A DNA stretch of 64,000 bases from Streptomyces virus Yaboi (IMGVR_UViG_2974625447_000001:57808-121807); one strand, 5' to 3'; counted from the stretch's first letter, positions 11,318 through 19,881 are shown. Translations and numbers: made by a program. The notes: generated by a model from the sequence alone, not told the origin.

Positions 11318-11372
11318 AATCCTATATCCTTTCATGATATACTATTGCATATGAAAGGATATAGGATTTTTT
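11318..11372 (+). terminator. 18-bp perfect inverted repeat plus T-tract abutting the terminase start codon
   Basis: aatcctatatcctttcat-N15-atgaaaggatataggatt-tttttTGATG; right arm contains the only RBS-like AGGAT for terminase. Confidence 0.5.
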
Positions 11373-13194
11373 GATGTCAACCGACTTTACTGAGTTTTTC
11401 AACGCTCTCTCCGATGAAGACTTCGAAGAGATTCCTGTTGATATTGAGACTTTTGTTCAAAGCCCTGATTACTTGGGGATGCCTCATCTGTCAGAGTATC
11501 AATATCAACTTATTCGTGCTTCCAGCCAAATCTACAAGGAGAGCACTCTTTATAACATTTATGAGGCACAAAAGGCCCGGCAGCGATGGGAAGAAACCTG
11601 TAATGAAGTAATTGCTTGTCTAGGCAAGGGTAGTGGCAAGGACTTTACATCTACTATTGCATGCGCCTACATCGTTTACCTCTTGCTATGTCTGCGGAAT
11701 CCAGCAAAGTATTTTGGCAAGCCTGCTGGAGACTCCATTGACATTCTGAATATTGCTATCAATGCCGCACAGGCCAACAACGTCTTCTTCAAGGGTTTCA
11801 AGAGCCGCATCGAAGGCTCACCATGGTTTGTAGGAAAGTTCACAACCAAGTCTGGTCATATCGCTTTCGACAAAAACGTCAACGTCTACTCAGGCCACTC
11901 CGAGCGAGAGGCGTGGGAGGGCTATAACCTGCTGTACTGCGTCCTTGACGAGATCTCTGGTTTTGCACTAGACTCAACATCAGGTAACGAGCAGGCCAAG
12001 ACAGCCGATGCCGTTTATAAGATGTATCGAGCATCCGTAGACTCTCGATTCCCGGCGGAAGGAAAGGTAGTTCTTCTATCATTCCCTCGCTTCAAGAATG
12101 ACTTTATTTCACAGCGCTATGAGGCAGTAGTTGCAGACAAGCAGGTTGTAGAGAGAAGTCATACATTCAAGCTTGATCCAGATCTCCCAGATGATATTGA
12201 AGAGAACAAGTTCACTATCAAGTGGGAAGAAGATCATATTATCTCCTACAACATTCCACGTGTGTACGCTCTAAAGCGTCCAACGTGGGAAGTTAATCCT
12301 ACTCGTAAGATCGAAGACTTCACCACAGCATTCTTTACTGACCCTGTTGATGCCCTTTCCCGTTTTGCGTGTATGCCACCTGACGCGATTGACGCATTCT
12401 TCAAGGATAAGGAGAAGGTTGAGGCCGTATTTGTAAAGCCTAACGGTGTTGACGAGACTGGCGCTTTCAGGAGTGATTTTGTGCCGAAGGAAGGCGTGCG
12501 TTATTACGTTCACGTTGACCTTGCGCAGAAGCATGACCATTGTGCCGTGTCTCTTGCCCATGTTGAGAAATTTGTTCAAAAGAAGATCGGAGGACAGCTC
12601 AACGAGGTTTTGCCATTTGTTGTAGTGGATGCTGTGCGCTGGTGGACACCCAAGCCAGGCAAGGATGTTGACTTCGCTGATGTTCGAGAGTATATTGTTG
12701 GATTGAAGCGAAGAGGTTTCGATCTCCGTCTTGTAACATTTGACCGCTGGAACTCTGAGGACCAGATGAAGTATCTGCGAGGAGTCGGTATCAACTCCGA
12801 GATTCTTTCAGTGGCAAAGAAGCACTATGAAGACCTGAGCTGGGTCATCTATGACCAGAGGCTTTTGGGACCGGACATTCCTCTTCTGAGAAAAGAACTT
12901 CTTTCTCTGAGAATCATGCCAAATGATAAGATTGATCACCCTAGAACTGGATCAAAGGACTTGGCGGACGCAACTTGTGGAGCTGTGTTTAATGCAATTG
13001 CGCATACACCACGAGAGCAAGATGCTGTCATTGAGATCCAGACCTATGAATCTTTGAGGCGTGCAGAGATAGAGGCTCGACGCGAGGAGCTTGACACATC
13101 ACGTGAACGTGATAATGTTATTGTAGCCCCTCGTGAGAGGCGTGAGATGCCTGATGATATTCAGGAATATCTCACAAGGCTAGAAATTATCTAA
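11371..13194 (+). CDS. terminase large subunit
   Basis: 607 aa; Walker A-like LGKGSGKDFTST; C-terminal nuclease-like region; TTG-ATG start (MM). Confidence 0.8.
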   Translation: MMSTDFTEFFNALSDEDFEEIPVDIETFVQSPDYLGMPHLSEYQYQLIRASSQIYKESTLYNIYEAQKARQRWEETCNEVIACLGKGSGKDFTSTIACAYIVYLLLCLRNPAKYFGKPAGDSIDILNIAINAAQANNVFFKGFKSRIEGSPWFVGKFTTKSGHIAFDKNVNVYSGHSEREAWEGYNLLYCVLDEISGFALDSTSGNEQAKTADAVYKMYRASVDSRFPAEGKVVLLSFPRFKNDFISQRYEAVVADKQVVERSHTFKLDPDLPDDIEENKFTIKWEEDHIISYNIPRVYALKRPTWEVNPTRKIEDFTTAFFTDPVDALSRFACMPPDAIDAFFKDKEKVEAVFVKPNGVDETGAFRSDFVPKEGVRYYVHVDLAQKHDHCAVSLAHVEKFVQKKIGGQLNEVLPFVVVDAVRWWTPKPGKDVDFADVREYIVGLKRRGFDLRLVTFDRWNSEDQMKYLRGVGINSEILSVAKKHYEDLSWVIYDQRLLGPDIPLLRKELLSLRIMPNDKIDHPRTGSKDLADATCGAVFNAIAHTPREQDAVIEIQTYESLRRAEIEARREELDTSRERDNVIVAPRERREMPDDIQEYLTRLEII

Positions 13195-13207
13195 GAAAGG
13201 TCATGCC

Positions 13208-13735
13208 ATGCCCGCCTTAAAGCAAAGCAGACGAGAAATCGTCCAAATGCTTCTCAAGCGCGATGGTGGTTTATGTAAGCACCCTGATTGTGGACTTCCA
13301 TTCACCAAGGAGAAGCCAGCAACAATTGATCACTGGTTACCATTGAGTGCCGGTGGAACATGGGACTTAGAAAACCTCAAGCTCATGCACCAAAAGTGTA
13401 ACGCAGCCAAGGGAGACAAGATCCCGCTTGACGACGGCACGTTGCCTGTGGTAGAAAAGAAGAAGAGGGTTGACCGTGCGGTAAAGCGTGCGGCACGCCC
13501 AGTAGTTTGTGAACGCTGTCAGTCTGGTAGACTGCTCGGTCCAGACGAAGAGTGTGATCAATGTGGAAGCGGTCCTATGCCGCCAACATACCCTCAGTGG
13601 TCTAAGATGAAGCCAAACGAGTGTACGCACGAAGGCATCTGGTGGTGCTGGTGCTGCATGTCTGGTATCATCGAAAGAGTTCCAGCAAGTAAGTACGTCT
13701 TTAATGACGGTGAGCCGGGCATCGACCCGGCGTGA
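13208..13735 (+). CDS. HNH endonuclease
   Basis: IDHWLPLSAGGTWDLENLKLMHQKCNAAKGDK HNH motif plus extra Cys zinc ribbons. Confidence 0.8.
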   Translation: MPALKQSRREIVQMLLKRDGGLCKHPDCGLPFTKEKPATIDHWLPLSAGGTWDLENLKLMHQKCNAAKGDKIPLDDGTLPVVEKKKRVDRAVKRAARPVVCERCQSGRLLGPDEECDQCGSGPMPPTYPQWSKMKPNECTHEGIWWCWCCMSGIIERVPASKYVFNDGEPGIDPA

Positions 13736-13744
13736 AAGGATTAA

Positions 13745-14365
13745 ATGTCTACTACTACAGCTATGTTGCTCATCGTTGACCGATCTGGTAGCATGTCTAG
13801 TATCCAGATGGAAGCAGAGCAAGCGCTGAATGACTTCCTTGATCGGCAGAAGGCCGTAGATGGCCGATGCGGAATTAAGGTCGTTCAGTTTGATAACGAA
13901 GTAGAAGATCTATTTGGTCCAGTTGCCCTAGCTAATGCTCCTGAGATCAAGCTCATTCCTCGCGGAATGACGGCACTACTTGACGCAATAGGCAAGAGTG
14001 TGACAGAATTTAGGCAGACGATGGATCATATGCCGGTGGATAACAAGCTAGTCGTTATCCTCACAGATGGTCTTGAGAATGTCTCTCGGGAGTGGAAGCT
14101 AGATGCAGTTAACAAGCTGATTAGTGAGTCAAGGGAGCTGGGCTACGAGTTCATCTTCCTTGCTGCTAATCAGGACGCCATTGCAACTGGTGCCCAGATG
14201 GGTATTCCAAATGCTTCAAGTTTGACCTTTGCGGCCAGTCCGGCTGGTGTACGTGGCATGGGAGCAACCATGGATGCGTATGTCACTAATTATCGTGAAG
14301 GAAAGAGAGCAGAATTCACTGATCAGGATCGCAAGACAGCCAGCGGCTTGACAGACGAAGACTGA
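13745..14365 (+). CDS. von Willebrand factor A (vWA) domain protein
   Basis: MIDAS motif LIVDRSGSMSS; ...ILTDGLEN. Confidence 0.65.
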   Translation: MSTTTAMLLIVDRSGSMSSIQMEAEQALNDFLDRQKAVDGRCGIKVVQFDNEVEDLFGPVALANAPEIKLIPRGMTALLDAIGKSVTEFRQTMDHMPVDNKLVVILTDGLENVSREWKLDAVNKLISESRELGYEFIFLAANQDAIATGAQMGIPNASSLTFAASPAGVRGMGATMDAYVTNYREGKRAEFTDQDRKTASGLTDED

Positions 14366-14471
14366 TCTGTTAGAGTATTAAATGTGGGTCGAAGGGCTCG
14401 GTCGGTTATCTTACTTGGAATCAGATCGCCATTAAATTGGCACCCGACTCCCAACACTTATCCACATTATT

Positions 14472-14542
14472 GCGTCGGTAGTTTAATGGTAGAACGAGAG
14501 CCTTCCAAGCTTTCGGCGCGGGTTCGATTCCCGCTCGGCGCT
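14472..14542 (+). tRNA. tRNA-Gly (anticodon TCC)
   Basis: acceptor gcgtcgg/tcggcgc; anticodon loop cTTCCaa; T-arm gcggGTTCGATTCccgc. Confidence 0.7.
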
Positions 14543-14673
14543 CGAAAACCTGGATCTGCCCCTGCTACTTTCGTAGTAAGCAACCAGCGGAATGTAGTCT
14601 AGAATGCATTTCGGTTTCTGACCCGGAAACGTAAAGGGAGAGGCAGGCTCCAATAACTGCCAGGGTGTTTCAT

Positions 14674-14745
14674 TCCCCATTGGTGTAACTGGCAACACAG
14701 CAGACTCTGAATCTGTCATTCCTAGTTCGAATCTAGGGTGGGGAG
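14674..14745 (+). tRNA. tRNA-Gln (anticodon CTG)
   Basis: acceptor tccccat/gtgggga; anticodon loop ctCTGaa; T-arm cctaGTTCGAATCtagg. Confidence 0.7.
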
Positions 14746-14973
14746 CTGGAACGTACAGAAGTTGGGAAAACAAGGAATCTGGAACACACATAATAACCAT
14801 GGTAAAAGTGTGGAAAGGTGAACGGAAGTTCCTGACAAAGAGTGGGCACGATCCCTCACGTTCCGCCAATTTGTGGCCTAGTTGCAGGCCAGCATAAAAC
14901 AATAGATTTCCCTGGGTGTGGCGCTTACGCCGTCTATTGTTTGAATGCGAAGGGGTCACGCCCGAGCAACTAT

Positions 14974-15045
14974 GCATCCTTAGTGTAATGGTCAGCACAC
15001 GAGCTTCCAAACCTCTTAGAGTGGGTTCGATTCCTACAGGATGTG
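14974..15045 (+). tRNA. tRNA-like, probable tRNA-Trp (anticodon CCA) with imperfect anticodon stem
   Basis: acceptor gcatcct/aggatgt; D-arm gtgtAATGGTCAgcac; loop ttCCAaa flanked by only 3 bp; T-arm gtgggTTCGATTcctac. Confidence 0.45.
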
Positions 15046-15099
15046 CTTAACAATTAAAGCCCGGCGCTAAATGCTCCGGGCTTTAGCATTAGGAGCAAT

Positions 15100-15546
15100 A
15101 TGGGATACTACACACGATATCAATTAGAGATTGTGACAGACAGCGAGCGCGCCAAGGATCTTATCGATGCTGCCGACAGTGTGACAATTCCAGGAAGCTA
15201 CGAACTGAGTCTATCTAGACTGCTCAATGGCAACTATGATACGATGAAGTGGTACGACTGGGAAAGCGACATGGCAGCTCTTTCAAGAGATTGGCCAAAC
15301 GTTCTCTTTGCTATCAGTGGTGAAGGCGAGGAACCTGGCGATCTCTGGAAGGCTTGGGTAAGAAATGGCAAGGTCATCAAGGTGCAGGGCAGAATCACGT
15401 ACGATGTCCCAGACCTTGACAGAGAGCTTCCAGTCAACTACGATGTAGAAGAGAAGTACAAGGCAGAAAAGAAGGCTGAACTTCAAGCTACAATCAAGGA
15501 TCTTGAAAGTCGGCTGGCCGAATTAAAGGGACTATCTAAGGATTAA
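15100..15546 (+). CDS. hypothetical protein with C-terminal coiled coil
   Basis: 148-aa ORF between tRNA genes; plausible start MGYYTRYQ. Confidence 0.35.
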   Translation: MGYYTRYQLEIVTDSERAKDLIDAADSVTIPGSYELSLSRLLNGNYDTMKWYDWESDMAALSRDWPNVLFAISGEGEEPGDLWKAWVRNGKVIKVQGRITYDVPDLDRELPVNYDVEEKYKAEKKAELQATIKDLESRLAELKGLSKD

Positions 15547-15711
15547 GATGGCACTCGTTGGAAGCGGCGATACCTGTTGGTTTCAGCGATGTGGCAACAA
15601 ACCGATCCATCCTATTAGGTACCACAACAAGACTGTAATGGTCTGCAACAAGCACAAAAGTCTCGATGGAAAGGGTTGTGCGCCTAGTCGCAGAAGGCCA
15701 AAGGGATAGGC

Positions 15712-15740
15712 TTGACAGACGGTACGAGGTCTGTTAGTAT
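15712..15740 (+). promoter_or_regulatory. sigma-70-like promoter TTGACA-N17-TAGTAT
   Basis: gcTTGACAgacggtacgaggtctgtTAGTATtaagt upstream of tRNA-Pro genes. Confidence 0.5.
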
Positions 15741-15769
15741 TAAGTACAACGCAGCAAACAAGCTGCTAT

Positions 15770-15841
15770 CTGGCACGGGGAAGATGGTAATCCATTCGCT
15801 TTGGAAGCGTAAGAAACCCGGTTCGATTCCGGGGTGCCAGA
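15770..15841 (+). tRNA. tRNA-Pro (anticodon TGG), atypical A37
   Basis: acceptor ctggcac/gtgccag perfect; anticodon loop ttTGGaa with one U-U stem mismatch; T-arm cccggTTCGATTccggg. Confidence 0.55.
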
Positions 15842-15967
15842 CCGAATGCAGTTCTTTGAGCTGCACGTCCTGCGAGCGTGATGCTGGAATGGTAAGGTGA
15901 TGTCCTGCCATCAAGGTTCGACTCCTTGCGCGTTGCGAACTGGGTGTGATACGATAACTCACAACTA

Positions 15968-16041
15968 CGGGATGTAGCTCAGCTTGGTAGAGCGCGCCGT
16001 TTGGGGCGGTGAAGTCGCAGGTTCGAATCCTGTCATCCCGA
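15968..16041 (+). tRNA. tRNA-Pro (anticodon TGG)
   Basis: acceptor cgggatg/catcccg; D-arm gctcAGCTTGGTAgagc; anticodon loop ttTGGgg (G37); T-arm gcaggTTCGAATcctgt. Confidence 0.8.
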
Positions 16042-16115
16042 CAATTTGGGTCGAATGGGACACGGTTATCATACAATGGATAATAGGTTCGATTCCTATC
16101 GCTGGGTTCGCCCGG
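16042..16115 (+). ncRNA. tRNA-like element X1 abutting tRNA-Pro (paralogue of X2)
   Basis: starts cAATTTGGGTCGAATGGGACACGGTTATC (shared with X2) and contains T-arm-like ataggTTCGATTcctat; no canonical cloverleaf. Confidence 0.3.
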
Positions 16116-16203
16116 TAGATAAAGTCATCTGAGATTGTGTGTGGTAGGATGACATTAAGGACTACACACTCTCCGTTCCCACCTTATACCTAAAGGATTT
16201 ATT

Positions 16204-16725
16204 ATGACGGTACTTCTGCGAACAATTCATGGAAGCCATCTGTATGGCCTCGCTCACGCAGACAGCGATAAGGATATCTACGAAGTAGTTACAACCACTC
16301 GCACTAAGCGTAAGCGAAACATTAAGCAGACCATTTCAAATGGTGTTGACAAGACGACGGTAGATATGTCAACATTTATGAGGATGGTTGATGATTGCGT
16401 ACCTCAAGCACTTGAAGCGCTATGGACGCCGGTAGCTGAGATCGATAAGATCCACGAATTCCGGACACAATATCGAGTGAATCGCGCCAAGATGAAGGAT
16501 GTGTACGTAAGAACTGCTCTGAATTTTGCCAAGAGTGACGGAATTAAGCAGAAGAAGCACGCAGTGCGGCTCTTGCTGAACCTTGGTCACACTTTGGAAT
16601 TTGGAAAGTTCAATCCTCGATTGGATGCAATGGATAAGATCATTATCAATGCATCTGTCGGAGATGCGGGAAAGTATGATGCTGTGTTCGACGCTCTTAT
16701 TGATGAGGTCGGCCGGTGGATATGA
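16204..16725 (+). CDS. Pol-beta-superfamily nucleotidyltransferase
   Basis: HGSHLYGLAHADSDKDIY = GS-x9-DxD NTase signature; 173 aa. Confidence 0.5.
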   Translation: MTVLLRTIHGSHLYGLAHADSDKDIYEVVTTTRTKRKRNIKQTISNGVDKTTVDMSTFMRMVDDCVPQALEALWTPVAEIDKIHEFRTQYRVNRAKMKDVYVRTALNFAKSDGIKQKKHAVRLLLNLGHTLEFGKFNPRLDAMDKIIINASVGDAGKYDAVFDALIDEVGRWI

Positions 16726-16734
16726 TCCCACCAT

Positions 16735-16811
16735 TGGGGCGTATACCCTCTGTCTGATAAACAGTTGAAAGGTTAAGTGGTCACATGTGGGTTCAACTCC
16801 CACCGTCCCAA
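16735..16811 (+). tRNA. non-canonical tRNA-like gene W1 (anticodon-like loop GAT, Ile)
   Basis: acceptor tggggcg/cgtccca (7 bp) and T-arm gtgggTTCAACTcccac are canonical. The only anticodon-like hairpin (tctgt-ctGATaa-acagt, U33/A37) sits at positions 15-31 directly after a 7-nt linker tataccc. A 21-nt region with a D-loop-like AAGTGG follows. Confidence 0.45.
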
Positions 16812-16851
16812 CTGGTCTCCTTGGAGAGACATTAGCAGAAAAACTAAAAAG

Positions 16852-18660
16852 ATGGTGAATTTCAACAAGACTCATTCAAAAGAACTTGTGAAACTCCCTG
16901 ACTCAGACCTAGAGCTTAGCTCTAGGTCTTTTAGGCTTTCCAGTCAGGGTGCACTTAAGCATGTCTCCGGAGGAGCGCGTCTAAGTGTGAAGAATCTGAT
17001 TGACTGGTTGACCGTAGCAGACTATAAAATCGAGATTGCTAAGGCCAAGCACGAGGGGAACTTCGAGAAAGCCCGCAAGCTTCGAATGGAACAACAGAAG
17101 CAGGCACAACCACGCCGAAAGCATTTCTACATTTCCCTAGGGGCGATCCTAGCCGTCACAGCATGGCTAACTAGCGCCTTCGGAGCTGTCACTTTTGGCG
17201 CGGCAGCAGTGAGCCTCTTGATTCTCTTTGCCATCGTAGGTGTAACTAATAAGACTTACATCTTTGGAGAAGAGACAGCCGAAGAGGAAGAACCAATGGC
17301 ACCATTTCCAATTGCTGACGCTCGCAACAGAGAAGAGGCTATTGAATGTCTACGCAGAGCCCTTCTTGCGGAAGGCATCACACCAAGAACGATTCTTGAT
17401 CCGACAAGATATAATTGGGGATGGGAGTTCACGGTTATTCTTCGCAAGGGCAAGCCAGATGATGTAATGGCTAAGACCAAGGATATGGAAACTCTGATGA
17501 GATTGCCTTCTGATGGAATGCTTGTCGCAGCTACCAGATTCCGAGCAGAGGTCATTATCAGACTAATGCAGTCAGACCCATTTGCTGATCTAACGCCTCA
17601 GCCAAGAGCAGAGCCTTTGTCACGGTCAATCAAGAATAAGTACAAGGTTGCCCAGAGAATGGACGGAAAGCATCTTGAGCTTAGTCTGCTGAGAAATCAC
17701 GCAGTCATTATCGCCGCGCCTGGTGGTGGTAAGTCTATGTTTATGCGAACACTGGCAGATATCACTACTAGCTGTAGAGACTGTGTAACTTGGGACATTG
17801 ACCCCGGCGGAAATGGTCTTGAGGTATTTGGAGACGCTATTGCACGTAGAGGTAGAACCGAAGCTGAAATTGAAGAAATGCTAACTGAGGCTCTGGAGTA
17901 CACCAAGATTCGTGCAAAGAAGCTCACAAAGCTTCGTATGGGCGATAACTGGCAGCCAACCAGAGAACACCCTGCCCTTGTTATCTTCATTGATGAGTTT
18001 ATTCAGCTCAACAAGAAGTGCAAGGATCTGGCTATTGACATCATTCGCAATGGACGCAAGTCAGCAATTACTGTAATTCTTGCAGCACAGCAGGCAACCA
18101 AGGATCAGCTTGGAGCGGCTATCGCAGACTCTGTGTCAATTAAGGTAATGTTTGCCTCTCGTCATGCCGACGTTCCTTTGGTATTTGGAGAGGGGGCCAT
18201 CAGCCAAGGATGGAGGCCAGATAAGCTTCACCCTGCTTCTGGAGAAGATATTGAAGATGCAGGAAAGTGTTACATCATGGGTGGGGGATCAAGAGAGCCT
18301 TATCTCTACAAGGCGTTCCCACTTGATCCAGAAGAGGCAATTGAAATCGGTGACGAACGTGCCGGTGAAGGAATTGTTGAGCTAGACAAGGACACTTATC
18401 TTGATGTAACAGTCACAGATGTAACAGACAAGAGGTTGCTGGAAGATGTTCTAGACATTTTTGAGAACTTTGATGAGCATGACTGGCTACCAGCAAGTAT
18501 CTTGACCAAGGAGCTTCGAGGCTACGGACACATCTTGACAGCCCGTCAGCTACATGAGATCCTAGGTGATACCGGCAGAGAGAGCCGCATCTGGGAAGGC
18601 TCTAAGTATAAGGTTGCCGGTTACTTTAGAAAGAACATCGAGAAGCAACTGGAGCGGTAA
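16852..18660 (+). CDS. FtsK/SpoIIIE-like DNA translocase ATPase with N-terminal TM segments
   Basis: TM helices (ILAVTAWLTSAFGAVTFGAAAVSLLILFAIVGV); Walker A IIAAPGGGKSMFMRTL; Walker B VIFIDEF; ORF track starts at 16777 but that overlaps a tRNA-like gene. Confidence 0.6.
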   Translation: MVNFNKTHSKELVKLPDSDLELSSRSFRLSSQGALKHVSGGARLSVKNLIDWLTVADYKIEIAKAKHEGNFEKARKLRMEQQKQAQPRRKHFYISLGAILAVTAWLTSAFGAVTFGAAAVSLLILFAIVGVTNKTYIFGEETAEEEEPMAPFPIADARNREEAIECLRRALLAEGITPRTILDPTRYNWGWEFTVILRKGKPDDVMAKTKDMETLMRLPSDGMLVAATRFRAEVIIRLMQSDPFADLTPQPRAEPLSRSIKNKYKVAQRMDGKHLELSLLRNHAVIIAAPGGGKSMFMRTLADITTSCRDCVTWDIDPGGNGLEVFGDAIARRGRTEAEIEEMLTEALEYTKIRAKKLTKLRMGDNWQPTREHPALVIFIDEFIQLNKKCKDLAIDIIRNGRKSAITVILAAQQATKDQLGAAIADSVSIKVMFASRHADVPLVFGEGAISQGWRPDKLHPASGEDIEDAGKCYIMGGGSREPYLYKAFPLDPEEAIEIGDERAGEGIVELDKDTYLDVTVTDVTDKRLLEDVLDIFENFDEHDWLPASILTKELRGYGHILTARQLHEILGDTGRESRIWEGSKYKVAGYFRKNIEKQLER

Positions 18661-18923
18661 TGGAAATGTTGATGGTTGGCCCGGTGTTCCTGTGGGTTCT
18701 GGTCACTCTCTATCTTGTAAAGAAGAAGGGTAGGCAGTGGCCAGACCTCTTTTGGGGAATTCTCGGCGGCCTGATTGTTGCCAAGCTGTTTCCTCAGACT
18801 CCGGACACGATTTTCAATCTGTTTGCAGGAGCATGGGATGGCCTGGTAGGAATCTTCCAAAGCGTCAGTGGTTGACAGACTGCCTGACAAACTGTAAGCT
18901 GTAGCTAAAGGTCTTCGGACCGA

Positions 18924-18997
18924 GCGCCTGTAGCATATGTGGTTGATGCGCCAGTCTTATAAACTGGAGAAAGCGGGTTCAAATCCTGCCAGGCGTA
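18924..18997 (+). tRNA. tRNA-Ile (anticodon TAT)
   Basis: acceptor gcgcctg/caggcgt (G1-U72); anticodon arm ccagt-ctTATaa-actgg; T-arm gcgggTTCAAATcctgc. Confidence 0.6.
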
Positions 18998-19200
18998 CGT
19001 ATTATTGTCAACGAAGGGACCACAGTGGCTCTTTCAAATCTATTTCCTGTAGGTCAGCGAGTTAAGGTTGTTCGTGGATCATACAAGAATAAGCAAGGAA
19101 AGGTCGAGCGGGTCGGTGGCAGTAAGGTCGTCATCCTTGATGACAATACTGTTCTGTACGGCGCAAGCGACGAAATGGTTAAGCGGGCCTGAGTGCCCTA

Positions 19201-19273
19201 GCTCCTATAGCCCAATGGCAGAGGCAGGTGCCTTAAAAGCACTAAAGTGTCGGTTCAAATCCGACTAGGAGCA
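19201..19273 (+). tRNA. class-I tRNA with anticodon TAA (Leu-type anticodon, short variable arm)
   Basis: acceptor gctccta/taggagc; D-arm gcccAATGGCAGaggc; anticodon arm ggtgc-ctTAAaa-gcact; T-arm gtcggTTCAAATccgac; A73. Confidence 0.55.
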
Positions 19274-19796
19274 CATGATGACACTAAATGAACTGATGAA
19301 GTGCAAGCGTTGCCATCGACACGAGCCTTTGTGGGCTCACGATCTTGGTAATTTCTGCATTGAATGTGCGCATCTGGCGGATCAAATAAAGGCTGATGAA
19401 TGCAAGATTCTTGCATTTCTTGCGTATGAGCCACATGAATTCGCCCAGGGAGATGCTGTCTGGGATCTTATAAGCGGAGATCGTGGATACTTCTTCACCG
19501 AAGGCTTGCATTGCTATCACGTTCTTGTCGATGGCGAAGTTAAGCAATATCCGAAGATAAATATTTATCTGTCCAACGTGGAGGACTAATGGATAGCAAG
19601 AAGGGACTTAGCGTCGGAACCAAGGTTATCGTTGGTCCCGACAAGGCTAAGGGTGAGATCTGGGATCTTGGAACGAATCCCACTCTTGTTAAGGTTCTGA
19701 TGAAGGAAGGTACTTGGGAAGGTCAGGTTATGCTGGTCGTCCTTAAGCAGATCAAGCTTGACAAGTAAGCAAAGGGCCTGATAGAATCAGGCTATT

Positions 19797-19881
19797 GGCG
19801 GGTAAGCGATTGGTTAGCAGTCGTGTTGGAAGCACGATAAGGGTGTTAAAGCCCGGCAGAGTTCGATTCTCTGGCCCGCCG
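19797..19881 (+). tRNA. tRNA-Ser (anticodon GGA), class II
   Basis: acceptor ggcgggt/gcccgcc; anticodon arm tcgtg-ttGGAag-cacga; long variable arm; T-arm cagagTTCGATTctctg. Confidence 0.7.

Noticed and set aside
14483-15010. Minus-strand ORFs across the tRNA clusters (e.g. 14483-15010, 15684-16076, 28539-29108, 34007-34384, 36072-36506)
   Set aside because: They overlap multiple well-formed + strand tRNA genes and have low-complexity Arg/Ser/Pro-rich translations typical of reverse reads of tRNA arrays
15845-15930. T-loop-like aaggTTCGACTcctt at 15913-15927 as part of a full tRNA
   Set aside because: No 5' acceptor strand complementary to cgcgttg could be found within 120 nt; treated as another isolated T-arm fragment
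19201-19273. Minus-strand reading of the class-I Leu-anticodon tRNAs as ochre/amber suppressor tRNAs (UUA/CUA) and Gln-UUG
   Set aside because: The GTTCGAATC T-loop and GG-containing D-loop only fit the + strand; the minus-strand fold would put a non-canonical ATTCGAA in the T-loop and G at position 32
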